Of a stretch of 28,068 nt of DNA, positions 1 to 8,403 are shown one piece after another (position 1 is the stretch's first letter; the number at the start of each line of letters is the position of its first letter). Made by a program: the position numbers and the translations under genes. The notes under the pieces are model-generated. The model was not told the DNA's origin, searched no databases, and saw only the letters and a program-made list of their open reading frames with translations. Origin of the DNA: a virus (lineage: Duplodnaviria > Caudoviricetes). The DNA lies in the IMG/VR virus record IMGVR_UViG_3300021444_000006, positions 1 through 28,068 of that record. One strand, 5' to 3'.

Positions 1-167
1 CGGGCGAGACGCGCGAGGTGCCGGAGAAGAACAACCACAGCCACATCGCGGATGGCTTCACCTACGGGGTGCGGTACATCCGCAAGGGCGAGTTCAAGGC
101 CGGCCAGCGGATCGAGCGGCCCGTGCCTAGGCACAGGGCGCTGGGCAACTCCTACAACATGCGATGA
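1..167 (+). CDS. terL: Terminase large subunit, C-terminal fragment (5' truncated)
   Basis: The frame starting at base 3 reads GETREVPEKNNHSHIADGFTYGVRY...YNMR-stop (TGA 165-167). PxKNxxSHxxDxxxY is the typical end of a terminase nuclease domain, and the gene lies directly upstream of the portal. Not in the ORF track. Confidence 0.8.
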   Translation, partial: GETREVPEKNNHSHIADGFTYGVRYIRKGEFKAGQRIERPVPRHRALGNSYNMR

Positions 168-235
168 TGCCGGCTATGGCCTATAGTTGCATACTGCGCT
201 AAACTCTCGGCAGTTGACCAAGCCGGGACCACGCC

Positions 236-2497
236 ATGCCTCAAAACGCCGCACCCTCCACGCAGCCCAGCGCCACCTCGGCGCTGCAAGCTCCCATCAA
301 GCTGGATGATGTGGCGCTGCGTGCGTTGGGCCAGACGCTGGCGGCGCGCTTCGTCCAATACCGCAACGAGCGCAAGCTGGCCGAGATACGCTGGACGCGC
401 AATGTGCGTCAGTACCTGGGCATCTATGACCCTGAGATCGAGCAGGCCATCGACAAGAACCGCAGCCGGGCCTACCCCAAGGTCACGCGCGTGAAGTGCA
501 TCAGCATGCTGTCCCGCCTGACCAACATGATGTTCCAGGCATCCGACAAGAACTGGACCGTGGCCTCCAGCCCCCTGCCCGATCTGACCCAGGAAGACCT
601 CCAAGCGGTGCTCGATGGGCTCACCCAGCAGCAGCCCGACGTGACCAAGATCACCGACGACCAGATCGTCTACGCGATCAAGGAATTCGCCAACAAGCGG
701 GCCGAGAACCTCGAAAAGCTGATCGAAGATCAGCTGGAGGAACTGGGCGGCTCCCACCGCGACAACTACGTGTCCTTGTGCCGCAAGGTGCTGGCCAGCG
801 GCATCCAGTACGGTGCGGGCATCTTGCGCGGGCCATATGTGGACGAGGTGACGCAGCGCTCCTGGCAGATCGCCAACGGCCAGCTGGTGGCGACCGAGAA
901 GCAGGTCTTTCGCCCGGTCTACGAGTTCATCCCGGTGTGGGACTACTACCCGGATATCTCGGCGCGCTCGCTGCGCAACATGGACGGACAGTTCCTACGC
1001 CGGATCATGAACCGCCAGAATTTCCTTGAGCTGAAGACCCGGCCCGACTTCTTCCCGGCACAGATCGAGCTGGTGCTGAAGCAGTACCCGAGCGGGAACT
1101 ACAAGCGTGAGGCCTACGAAACCGAGATTCGCGCCATGGGGCCACAGATCAACACCCCGCAGAACCAGACCGGCAAGTTCGAGTGCATCGTCTGGGATGG
1201 TATGGTGCAGGGCGAGGAACTGGCGCGCATCGGCGTCAACGTGCCGGAAAAGTACCTGAACGATGCGGTGCTGGCCCAGGTCTGGATGGTCGAGGGCCAA
1301 GTCATCAAAGCTGAGGTGAACCCTTGGGTGACGCTGGTGAACGACCAGCGCGATATCCAGAACTATCACCACTTCATCTTCGAGGAAGACGAGAGCTTCA
1401 TCCTCGGCAACGGCCTGCCCAACATCATGCGCGACAGCCAGCTGGGCATCTGCGCAGCCACCCGCATCCTGCTGGATAACGCCAGTGTGCAGCGCGTCTT
1501 CGAGCTGGACATGTCGCTGGCAGCCCGCGGCCAGGATATCACCGGGATCAACCCCGACCAGATTTTCTACCGGGACGATGACGACCCGGCCAAGGCCAAC
1601 ATGCCGATGATCCGCCCCGTGCAGCTGCCCCTGGCCACGGCCGAGCTGACGCAGCTGGTGGGCCTGTTCCAGCAGTTCGCCGACCAAGAGACATTCGTCG
1701 GCCAAGCCTCTGGCGGCGACATGCAGAAGGGTCCGAGCGAGCCGTTCCGCACGGCAGCCGGCGCCAGCATGCTGCGGGGGGACGCGGCCCTGCCGTTCAA
1801 GGATGTGGTGCGCAACTTCGACATGTTCACCGAGAGCCTGATCGGCTCGCTGATTCTGTTTAACGCCAAATTCAATAGCAGCGACACCAGCATTCGCGGC
1901 GACTTCACGCCGATTGCCCGCGGCGCCAGCTCGCTGATGGCCAAGGAAGTGCAGGGCATGCAGATCGACAACATCGCGGCCACCCTGACCGACGAGGAAA
2001 AGCCCTACCTGAATGCCCGCGCGCTGCTGCGCTCCCGCATGCGCGTGCGCGACATGGACCCGACCGATATGGTCTACGACGACACGAAGTGCGACCAGAT
2101 CGACCAGCAGCGCGCCCAGGCCCAGGCCCAGGCCCAGCAGCAGCAAGACCAGATGACCCAGGCAGCTGTGCGCAAAACGCTGTCCGAAGTCCTCAAGAAC
2201 ATCGCGCAGGCCAACAAGAACTCGGCAGGAGCCGAGGCATCCGTGGCCAACCTGATCCTGCAAGCGATGGAGAAGGGGATCAACCCCGACATGTTGGCCG
2301 CAGCTACCCCCCAAGGAAACGCCAATGAACAATCTGCCCCAGCCCAAGGAAATGCCACCGGAAATAGTGCGGGAGAATCGCCTGATAGCGCAGCTGCGAG
2401 CCAACTCCCAGGAACCGGGCTTGGCGGCCTTGAGGCAGCTGCTGGAACTCCAACTGGCCCGGCAGCATCGAACGCTGCGGCAATGCCCACTCGCTGA
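236..2497 (+). CDS. Portal protein
   Basis: 753 aa, between terminase and scaffold/capsid. Has podovirus-portal-like segments (YGAGILRGP, WDYYPD, GNGLPNIMRDSQ) and a Q/A-rich helical C-terminal region. Confidence 0.88.
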   Translation: MPQNAAPSTQPSATSALQAPIKLDDVALRALGQTLAARFVQYRNERKLAEIRWTRNVRQYLGIYDPEIEQAIDKNRSRAYPKVTRVKCISMLSRLTNMMFQASDKNWTVASSPLPDLTQEDLQAVLDGLTQQQPDVTKITDDQIVYAIKEFANKRAENLEKLIEDQLEELGGSHRDNYVSLCRKVLASGIQYGAGILRGPYVDEVTQRSWQIANGQLVATEKQVFRPVYEFIPVWDYYPDISARSLRNMDGQFLRRIMNRQNFLELKTRPDFFPAQIELVLKQYPSGNYKREAYETEIRAMGPQINTPQNQTGKFECIVWDGMVQGEELARIGVNVPEKYLNDAVLAQVWMVEGQVIKAEVNPWVTLVNDQRDIQNYHHFIFEEDESFILGNGLPNIMRDSQLGICAATRILLDNASVQRVFELDMSLAARGQDITGINPDQIFYRDDDDPAKANMPMIRPVQLPLATAELTQLVGLFQQFADQETFVGQASGGDMQKGPSEPFRTAAGASMLRGDAALPFKDVVRNFDMFTESLIGSLILFNAKFNSSDTSIRGDFTPIARGASSLMAKEVQGMQIDNIAATLTDEEKPYLNARALLRSRMRVRDMDPTDMVYDDTKCDQIDQQRAQAQAQAQQQQDQMTQAAVRKTLSEVLKNIAQANKNSAGAEASVANLILQAMEKGINPDMLAAATPQGNANEQSAPAQGNATGNSAGESPDSAAASQLPGTGLGGLEAAAGTPTGPAASNAAAMPTR
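2114..2137 (+). repeat. (GCCCAG)x4 in-frame tandem repeat encoding AQAQAQAQ in the portal
   Basis: Read directly from the sequence. Confidence 0.85.
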
Positions 2498-2585
2498 GTG
2501 CAGCCGAGAGCAAGGGAAAGCCAAGGTCATCCACGAGCTGCTGACCGTCATCTACGACCCGGAGAAGACGGGAATCTTCAACTAA
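2325..2585 (+). CDS. Small head-associated hypothetical protein overlapping the portal 3' end
   Basis: 86 aa with AAGGA upstream of the ATG. Helical sequence with REQGKAKVIHELL, resembling the small proteins that often sit between portal and scaffold. Fills the gap to the scaffold gene. Confidence 0.7.
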   Translation: MNNLPQPKEMPPEIVRENRLIAQLRANSQEPGLAALRQLLELQLARQHRTLRQCPLAECSREQGKAKVIHELLTVIYDPEKTGIFN

Positions 2586-2600
2586 CAGAAAGAGCACATC

Positions 2601-3653
2601 ATGCCCGGAACCACCCCCGCGAATACCCCCGCCGCAGCCCCTGCAGGAGCCCCCGATGCAGCTGACGATTCGACCTTCGCAGACGCGTTCGCCGCAGCGA
2701 CAGCTGACGGATCGGCAGCTGCTCCTGCAGCTGCGCCTGTGGAAGCGCCCGCCCCAGCACCCACTCCTGCTGCGGACAGTGCAGCTGCACCCGCTGCTGA
2801 CGCCGGGGCTGCGCCGGCTCCCACACCTGCTCCTGCACCCCCTGATGGCGTGGGAGGTGGTGAACCGCCCGCCGCAGGAGGTGGAGCTGCTGCACCGGCT
2901 GCAGCGTCGGAGCCTGCTGCTGCGCCGGCTCCGACCGTTGATCCGGCTGTGGCTGCGCTTCAGGCCCAGATCGAGGCACTGAAACAGGAGCTGGCTACCA
3001 GCTCGGTCGCCGGTGCACCTGCCGCGGCGCCTGCACCGGCACCCGCCGAGCCCCCACCCACCTACTCGCAGGCCGAGCAGGACGCGCTGGCCAAATACCG
3101 CGAGGAATGGCCCGATATCGCCAACGGCGAGGCCCTGGCCCGCCGTGCCGAGTACCAGCAGCTGGTACAGTGGGTGTTCGGTCAGATTCAGCCCCATCTG
3201 GATGCGCTTCGCCAGCAGAGCGGCCAGACCTTCGAGCGCACGCAGTACAGCTCGCTCAAGGAACTGGTGCCCGATTACGACGACGTGCGCGACCCGACCC
3301 TGGCCTGGATTGCTACGCAACCTGCGTACCTCAAGGACGCTTACCAGAAGGTGGCCAACGAGGGTACCCCCCAAGACGTTGCCGATTTGATCGGCCGCTT
3401 CCGCAAGGAGACTGGCTGGGTCAAGGCCGGCGCCGCCCCGGCCTCTGCCCCCGCGGCTGCATCGACACCCGCACCCGCTGCCCAGGCGCCCGCGCCCGCA
3501 GCTCCCGCACCCGCTCCGGTCAATCCGGCAGTGGCCGCCGCAGCCGCCGCGCTCAAACCCGTGGCTGGCTCGCGTTCCCAGCCTGCAGCAGCGGCAGACC
3601 CTAACGACTTTGACGGGGCCTTTGCTGAGGCTACTCAGGCGCTATCTAAGTAG
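2601..3653 (+). CDS. Capsid scaffolding protein (putative)
   Basis: 350 aa upstream of the major capsid gene. Pro/Ala-rich disordered arms flank a charged helical core (EEWPDIA...LVPDYDDV...WI). Confidence 0.75.
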   Translation: MPGTTPANTPAAAPAGAPDAADDSTFADAFAAATADGSAAAPAAAPVEAPAPAPTPAADSAAAPAADAGAAPAPTPAPAPPDGVGGGEPPAAGGGAAAPAAASEPAAAPAPTVDPAVAALQAQIEALKQELATSSVAGAPAAAPAPAPAEPPPTYSQAEQDALAKYREEWPDIANGEALARRAEYQQLVQWVFGQIQPHLDALRQQSGQTFERTQYSSLKELVPDYDDVRDPTLAWIATQPAYLKDAYQKVANEGTPQDVADLIGRFRKETGWVKAGAAPASAPAAASTPAPAAQAPAPAAPAPAPVNPAVAAAAAALKPVAGSRSQPAAAADPNDFDGAFAEATQALSK

Positions 3654-3662
3654 GAGTAAACC

Positions 3663-3902
3663 ATGTCGATTACCAACGCTCAAATCAACGGCGCCCTCAT
3701 TACGCAAGCCCAGAAGGACATTCTGGTGGCGTGCAATAGCGGCTCCGTACCCACGGCCACGATCAATGCTTGCAACATCTCGCTGGCCGACAAGCTGCTG
3801 ATCGACATGGTGGAAAACGGCTCGCCGACCCGCATGGCGATCATGGCCAGCGAGTGCTCAGAACCTGTCAAAGAGATTCTTCTGGCAATAGCTGGCCTGT
3901 AA
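3663..3902 (+). CDS. Small hypothetical protein with three ~26-aa internal repeats
   Basis: 79 aa, strong TAGGAG RBS at 3651-3656, tightly packed behind the scaffold gene. Confidence 0.7.
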   Translation: MSITNAQINGALITQAQKDILVACNSGSVPTATINACNISLADKLLIDMVENGSPTRMAIMASECSEPVKEILLAIAGL

Positions 3903-3905
3903 ATA

Positions 3906-3934
3906 GTGACTACAACGGAGGAATCCGCTATAGT
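3906..3934 (+). promoter_or_regulatory. Sigma70-like promoter upstream of the major capsid gene
   Basis: GTGACT (3906-3911), 17-bp spacer, TATAGT (3929-3934): 4/6 and 5/6 matches to consensus, in the longest intergenic gap of the head module. Confidence 0.45.
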
Positions 3935-4039
3935 TGCGTCTGTTAGTGGCACTGTGTCAGCTCCTATGCAAGCAGGAACGGGCGCACTGCGAGTCTTGGA
4001 TTACCTCAATTCGCGGTCAACACCTTCTAGGAGCATGTC

Positions 4040-5080
4040 ATGACCTCTGCAGTTTCCTACGGCGATATCACCCCCCGTACCGCGGCCTATGCCGTCGCCG
4101 GCTTCCTCAAGCGCGGTATGCCCTTCTTGGTCATCGAGAAGTTCGGCCAGACTTACCCTCTGCCCCAGAACAACACCTTGGTCGCTAAGTTCCGTCGCTA
4201 CTTCCTGTCGGGTTCGACCGGCGCGGCTGGTAACGGCAACCCCTCTTCGGGCGCATGGGGCATCCCCGTGGCCACGACTCCCCTGGTGGAAGGCGTGACC
4301 CCGGCCGGCCGCAAGCTGTCCAATCAGGATTACACCGTCACCATGGCCCAGTATGGCGACTACATGACCATCTCCGATGTGGTCATGGACACCCACGAAG
4401 ACCCCATCCTGGCGCAAGCCACTGAGGTTCTGGGTGAGTCGGCCGCGCTGACCATCGAAACCATCCGCTACAACGTCCTGAAGGCAGGCGTCAACGTGTT
4501 CTACGCTAACGGCGGTGCCCGCAGCTCGGTGAACACTGTCATCACCCAAGCGCTCCAGCGCTCGGTGACGACCGCTCTGCTGCGCCAGAACGCCAAGCGC
4601 ATTACCTCGGTGGTGAAGTCCACCCCCGACTTCCGCACGGAGCCCGTGGAAGCAGCCTTCATCGGCCTGCACCACCCCGATCTGGATAGCGATATCCGCA
4701 ACATGACCGGCTACGTGAACCCCAAGCAGTACGGTACCGTGACTCCCTTCGAGAACGAAACCGGCTCCGTGGAAATGGTCCGCTACCTGTCGTCCACGGT
4801 GTTCGCACCCTTCCCTGACGCCGGCGGCGCCAAGGGCCTGATGCGCTCCACCAGCGGCACCAACGCCGACGTGTACCCCGTGCTCTACATCGCCCGCGAT
4901 GCCTACGGTATCGTGCCGCTGAAGGGCAAGGACGCGCTGACTCCCATGGTGGTCAATCCCAAGCCCGCCCCTGGCGATCCTCTGGCTCAACGCGGCACAG
5001 TCGGCTGGAAGGCCTACACCGCCTGCGTGATCCTGAACGACGCCTGGATGGCCCGCCTGGAAGTGGCAGCCACCGCCTAA
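4040..5080 (+). CDS. Major capsid protein, N4-gp56 family
   Basis: 346 aa with family-typical motifs YGDITPRTA, KFGQ..PLP.N....KFRRY, LVEGVTP, QYGDY..ISD and DPLAQRGTVGWK. CTAGGAG RBS at 4027-4033. Confidence 0.93.
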   Translation: MTSAVSYGDITPRTAAYAVAGFLKRGMPFLVIEKFGQTYPLPQNNTLVAKFRRYFLSGSTGAAGNGNPSSGAWGIPVATTPLVEGVTPAGRKLSNQDYTVTMAQYGDYMTISDVVMDTHEDPILAQATEVLGESAALTIETIRYNVLKAGVNVFYANGGARSSVNTVITQALQRSVTTALLRQNAKRITSVVKSTPDFRTEPVEAAFIGLHHPDLDSDIRNMTGYVNPKQYGTVTPFENETGSVEMVRYLSSTVFAPFPDAGGAKGLMRSTSGTNADVYPVLYIARDAYGIVPLKGKDALTPMVVNPKPAPGDPLAQRGTVGWKAYTACVILNDAWMARLEVAATA

Positions 5081-5086
5081 TGGCAT

Positions 5087-5108
5087 GGCCTGGGGTTCGC
5101 CCTGGGCC
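5087..5108 (+). promoter_or_regulatory. UUCG-tetraloop RNA hairpin after the capsid gene
   Basis: GGCCTGGGG-TTCG-CCCTGGGCC forms a 9-bp stem with two G-U pairs. It has no U-tract, so it is more likely a stabiliser or pause site than a terminator. Confidence 0.6.
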
Positions 5109-5137
5109 TTCCCACATCTGAACTCTAGGAGTCAATC

Positions 5138-5467
5138 ATGGCACTCACCACCAACACCAAGTCGCAGACCTCCGGCGTTTGCAACGTCACCCATGGCCAG
5201 CTGGTCACGGATGGCGGCACCGCTGCTGCGTTGACCATCTACACCGGCTTCGCGCCGCGCTATATCAAGCTGGTCAACATCACCGCAGGTACCCAGTACG
5301 AATGGTACGAGGGCATGGCCAATGCCAACTGCATGAAGGAAGTGACCGCCGGCACTTACGCGCTGGACACCTCTTCCGGCCCGACGATCAATGCTGATGG
5401 TAGCTTCACCTTCCCGGCTACCACCATCGTCGCGTCCAGCACCTTCGTCTATCAAGTCATCGGCTGA
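5138..5467 (+). CDS. Putative capsid decoration/cement protein
   Basis: 109 aa, beta-rich (TGFAPRYIKLVN), directly after the capsid gene, with the same CTAGGAG RBS and before a terminator. Confidence 0.6.
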   Translation: MALTTNTKSQTSGVCNVTHGQLVTDGGTAAALTIYTGFAPRYIKLVNITAGTQYEWYEGMANANCMKEVTAGTYALDTSSGPTINADGSFTFPATTIVASSTFVYQVIG

Positions 5468-5484
5468 CACGGGGGGCCGATATT

Positions 5485-5511
5485 GGGTGGGGCCTAGCCT
5501 CACCCCTTTTT
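5485..5511 (+). terminator. Intrinsic terminator
   Basis: GGGTGGGG-CCTAG-CCTCACCC stem followed by CTTTTT, just downstream of the capsid/decoration gene pair. Confidence 0.75.
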
Positions 5512-5550
5512 GGCCAACACGTTATGTCCCTACGCGCGGAGGCCACCTCT

Positions 5551-5802
5551 ATGACCGATTGCATTGTGCGGATCGAATCCTTGGAAAACGGCTTCGAGGT
5601 GGAAGTTCTCGACCCCAAGATCGACGCAGCCAACAACAAGCCGAACAGCCGCTGGCAAGACCCCTACGTCTCGTATGCGTTCAATTCGTCCAAGGACGTG
5701 TGCGAGTTTCTGGAGCAGGTGTTGGACAAGCTCGCTCCCCCATCTGAAGCAAAGACCTTCGCAGATGCCTTCAAAAAAGCCACATCGTCCACCGACGACT
5801 AA
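5551..5802 (+). CDS. Small acidic hypothetical protein
   Basis: 83 aa. ATG 5551 is preferred over 5524 because GGAGG lies just upstream. Ends in TFADAFKKAT. Confidence 0.75.
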   Translation: MTDCIVRIESLENGFEVEVLDPKIDAANNKPNSRWQDPYVSYAFNSSKDVCEFLEQVLDKLAPPSEAKTFADAFKKATSSTDD

Positions 5803-5815
5803 CAGGAAGCCCCCC

Positions 5816-6370
5816 ATGCCCGAAGATCAAAACATCCTGGGCCAAGCCCAGAACATCCTGGGGGGTCAAGACCCCCTCGTGTCGTCCTCCGAAGCGGACG
5901 CTGCCCCCCTGCCACCCGCAGGCGCTGCGGCTTCGCTCGAAGACCAGATGGCTGCGCTGATGAAGCAGGTCCAGGCGCTGACCGCCATCATGGGTGGCAC
6001 GGTAGGCGCCGTGGCCGGACTGGTGCAGAACGGCGTGGCGCAGCGCCCTTCGGACGAGGAACTGATGGCCCTGGCCACATCCACCCCGATGCCTGCGGCC
6101 AAGCCGATGCCCAAGGTCAAGATCATGCTGGAGGATAACGACAATATTCCTCCTGGCGGTCAGTTCATCTCGGTGGACGGCGTGGCATACATGCTGCAGC
6201 CGAACGTGGAGGTCGAAGTGCCACTGAATCTGCTGGAGGTGCTGGATAATGCGACTTATTCGGTGCCCGTGGTGGATGGCGACAAGAACGTGATCGGCTA
6301 CAAGGACCGCCTGCGCTTCCCGTACCGCACGATCCGCGACCGCGGCTACCACTTCACCCCAGAGGAATAA
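5816..6370 (+). CDS. Hypothetical phage head-module protein
   Basis: 184 aa from ATG 5816 (AGGA upstream, follows the previous stop). Disordered N-terminus and a compact C-terminal domain (FISVDGVAYMLQPNVEVEVP...RLRFPY). Confidence 0.75.
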   Translation: MPEDQNILGQAQNILGGQDPLVSSSEADAAPLPPAGAAASLEDQMAALMKQVQALTAIMGGTVGAVAGLVQNGVAQRPSDEELMALATSTPMPAAKPMPKVKIMLEDNDNIPPGGQFISVDGVAYMLQPNVEVEVPLNLLEVLDNATYSVPVVDGDKNVIGYKDRLRFPYRTIRDRGYHFTPEE

Positions 6371-6374
6371 GGTC

Positions 6375-7133
6375 ATGACCCTCGGCGAACAACTCCATGA
6401 GCTGCGCGTGTCGATCCTACGCGACCGCAGCGACCTGATCGCCGGGGAGTCCGACCAGATGTGGACCGACGACCAGCTGCTTCGCTACATCAAGGACGCC
6501 GAGCATCGCTTTGCGCGGCGTACCATGATGCTCAAGGACGCCACCACGCCGCGCTTCTGCCGGCTGATCCTGAAGCAAGGCGTGCTGAACTACCAGATGC
6601 CCCGCGAGGTCTTCGCTGTCATCTCGGCTCGCCCGGATGGTCACGACTACGACCTCAAGCGCACCGGCCGCACACTGGTCCAGGCGCGCGACATTGATTA
6701 CTCCCTGACCTTCGACCCCTCCCAGGCCGGCACACTGCTCCCCGGCGCTCCGTTGGGCTTCTACACCGACGAAACCGAAGTGTTCGCCGGGCAGAATTCG
6801 GTCAATTTCAGCATCTTCCCTCTCCCCGATGCAGCCAGCGATGGCTTGCTGGTGAACCTGCGCGTGGTGCGCGTGCCCGGCTGTGGCTATACCAAGAACG
6901 ACTTGAACCGCGAGTCGGAGCTACCCGAGGCCTACCATCTCGATGTGCTCGAATGGGCGGCTTACCGGGCCAAGCGCAACAACGACGTGGACTTTGGCAT
7001 GCAGCCGCCTGCCGCGGATCACCAACAGGCCTTCGAGGACGCCATCAAGCGCGCCCTGCAGGACCAGCGCCGCCAGATGCATGTGCAGACTGGCCTGCGC
7101 TATGGCTCCAACGGCTTCACCTGGGGGCGGTAA
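6375..7133 (+). CDS. Head-tail adaptor protein (putative)
   Basis: 252 aa. MTLGE...LR...WTDDQLLRYIKDAE at the N-terminus and ELPEAYHLDVLEWAAYRA near the C-terminus match the gp6/gp11-like adaptor pattern. Position after the capsid genes fits. Confidence 0.72.
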   Translation: MTLGEQLHELRVSILRDRSDLIAGESDQMWTDDQLLRYIKDAEHRFARRTMMLKDATTPRFCRLILKQGVLNYQMPREVFAVISARPDGHDYDLKRTGRTLVQARDIDYSLTFDPSQAGTLLPGAPLGFYTDETEVFAGQNSVNFSIFPLPDAASDGLLVNLRVVRVPGCGYTKNDLNRESELPEAYHLDVLEWAAYRAKRNNDVDFGMQPPAADHQQAFEDAIKRALQDQRRQMHVQTGLRYGSNGFTWGR

Positions 7134-8393
7134 ATGGCTATCCAAAATACCGGCTTCCAAGAGAACACCGTCCAGCGCGACAAGGACACCATCGTCTACG
7201 CGCAGTTCAGCGGGCTGCGCAACGACGTGGACCCGGAGCGCTTCGACCTGGGCGACATGACGGTGGCCAACAACATTGATATCGACCAGACCGGCCGGAT
7301 CAGCCGTCGCCCAGGCTATACCCTCATGCGCGCCGGCGCTACCCACTCAATGTGGGCCACGCCGAACGAGGATATCTGCATGTTCGTGTCCGGCGGCTGG
7401 CTGCACCAGATGAACGACGACTTCAGCGACACCGCGCTGCTGCAGCTGGTCGACGGTGTATCGCCCATGAGCTATGACCGGGTGAACGACTGCGTGTACT
7501 TCTCCAACGGTACCGACATAGGTATCGTGCAGAACGGTGTGGTGCGCAGCTGGGGTCTGCCGGTGGCGCCGCTGCCGAACGTGGCGGCTACCATCGGCGC
7601 CATGAGCGCGGGCACCTACCAGTTCAACATGGTGTGGCTGCGTGCTGATGGCCAGGAGTCTGGCTGCGGACTCAACGGCACAATCCAGCTCGATGACAGC
7701 TCGGGCATTGACTTCACGATCCCGATAGCACCCAGCCCCGATGTGGTTGGAGCCATCATCTACATCTCGCCGGCCAACAGCGATCTGGTGTTCGAGGCTA
7801 TCGTGTCGGCCCCCGGCCAGACAGTCTCCTGGCGCTCGGACCCTTCGAGCCTCAGCGTACCGCTTGCCACGCAGTTCTTGGGGCCGCCTCCGGCTGGTCA
7901 CATGGTGGCTTTTTATCGGGGCCACATGTTCGTGGCCGCGGGCGACACGATCTTCATCTCGCAGCCGTATGCCTACGAACTGTTCAGCATGAACCGTTAC
8001 ATCCAGTTCGACAGCCGCGTGACCATGCTGATCGCGCTGTCCGATCTGGACCACACCGAAGCGGGCCGCTCCAGCGGCTTCTTCATTGGCACCGAGCGCT
8101 CCACCGGCATCCTGGCGGGCAATAACCCGGACGACTTCCAGTATGTGAAGAAGGCCGATTACGGCGTGGTGCCGGGCACCGTGGACGCCATGGACAGCTC
8201 GCAGCTGCGCGACGGCCAAGCCGGGGCGCGTATCATCCCGATGTGGCTATCCCATGTTGGTGTCTGTGTAGGCATGCCTGATCTTGCGATCAACAACCTG
8301 ACTCGCGGACAATACAACTTTACGGCTGCTGGACGGGGGGCCGCACTGTTCATCCCGAACCCCGCACGTTACATCGCAACCCACAGTCTCTAG
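7134..8393 (+). CDS. Tail nozzle/tube-like beta-rich structural protein (putative)
   Basis: 419 aa directly after the adaptor. The N-terminal FSGL.N...ANNIDIDQTGRISRRPGY resembles podovirus nozzle/DNA-stabilisation proteins, and the strands look beta-propeller-like. Confidence 0.6.
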   Translation: MAIQNTGFQENTVQRDKDTIVYAQFSGLRNDVDPERFDLGDMTVANNIDIDQTGRISRRPGYTLMRAGATHSMWATPNEDICMFVSGGWLHQMNDDFSDTALLQLVDGVSPMSYDRVNDCVYFSNGTDIGIVQNGVVRSWGLPVAPLPNVAATIGAMSAGTYQFNMVWLRADGQESGCGLNGTIQLDDSSGIDFTIPIAPSPDVVGAIIYISPANSDLVFEAIVSAPGQTVSWRSDPSSLSVPLATQFLGPPPAGHMVAFYRGHMFVAAGDTIFISQPYAYELFSMNRYIQFDSRVTMLIALSDLDHTEAGRSSGFFIGTERSTGILAGNNPDDFQYVKKADYGVVPGTVDAMDSSQLRDGQAGARIIPMWLSHVGVCVGMPDLAINNLTRGQYNFTAAGRGAALFIPNPARYIATHSL

Positions 8394-8403
8394 GAGCATC
8401 ATC

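Noticed and set aside
3934-4188. 84-aa ORF overlapping the capsid start, and a mini-ORF ATGTCATGA at 4035-4043
   Set aside because: The 84-aa ORF has no RBS and overlaps a promoter-like region. The mini-ORF ATG is too close to the SD to be a plausible start.
5564-5815. Upstream extension of the 5816 gene and an A6G run (5773-5779) suggesting a programmed frameshift fusion
   Set aside because: The A-AAA-AAG heptamer is not in the reading frame of the upstream gene, and a fusion would need a +1 shift. The downstream gene has its own RBS and ATG, and open alternate frames are common at this GC content.
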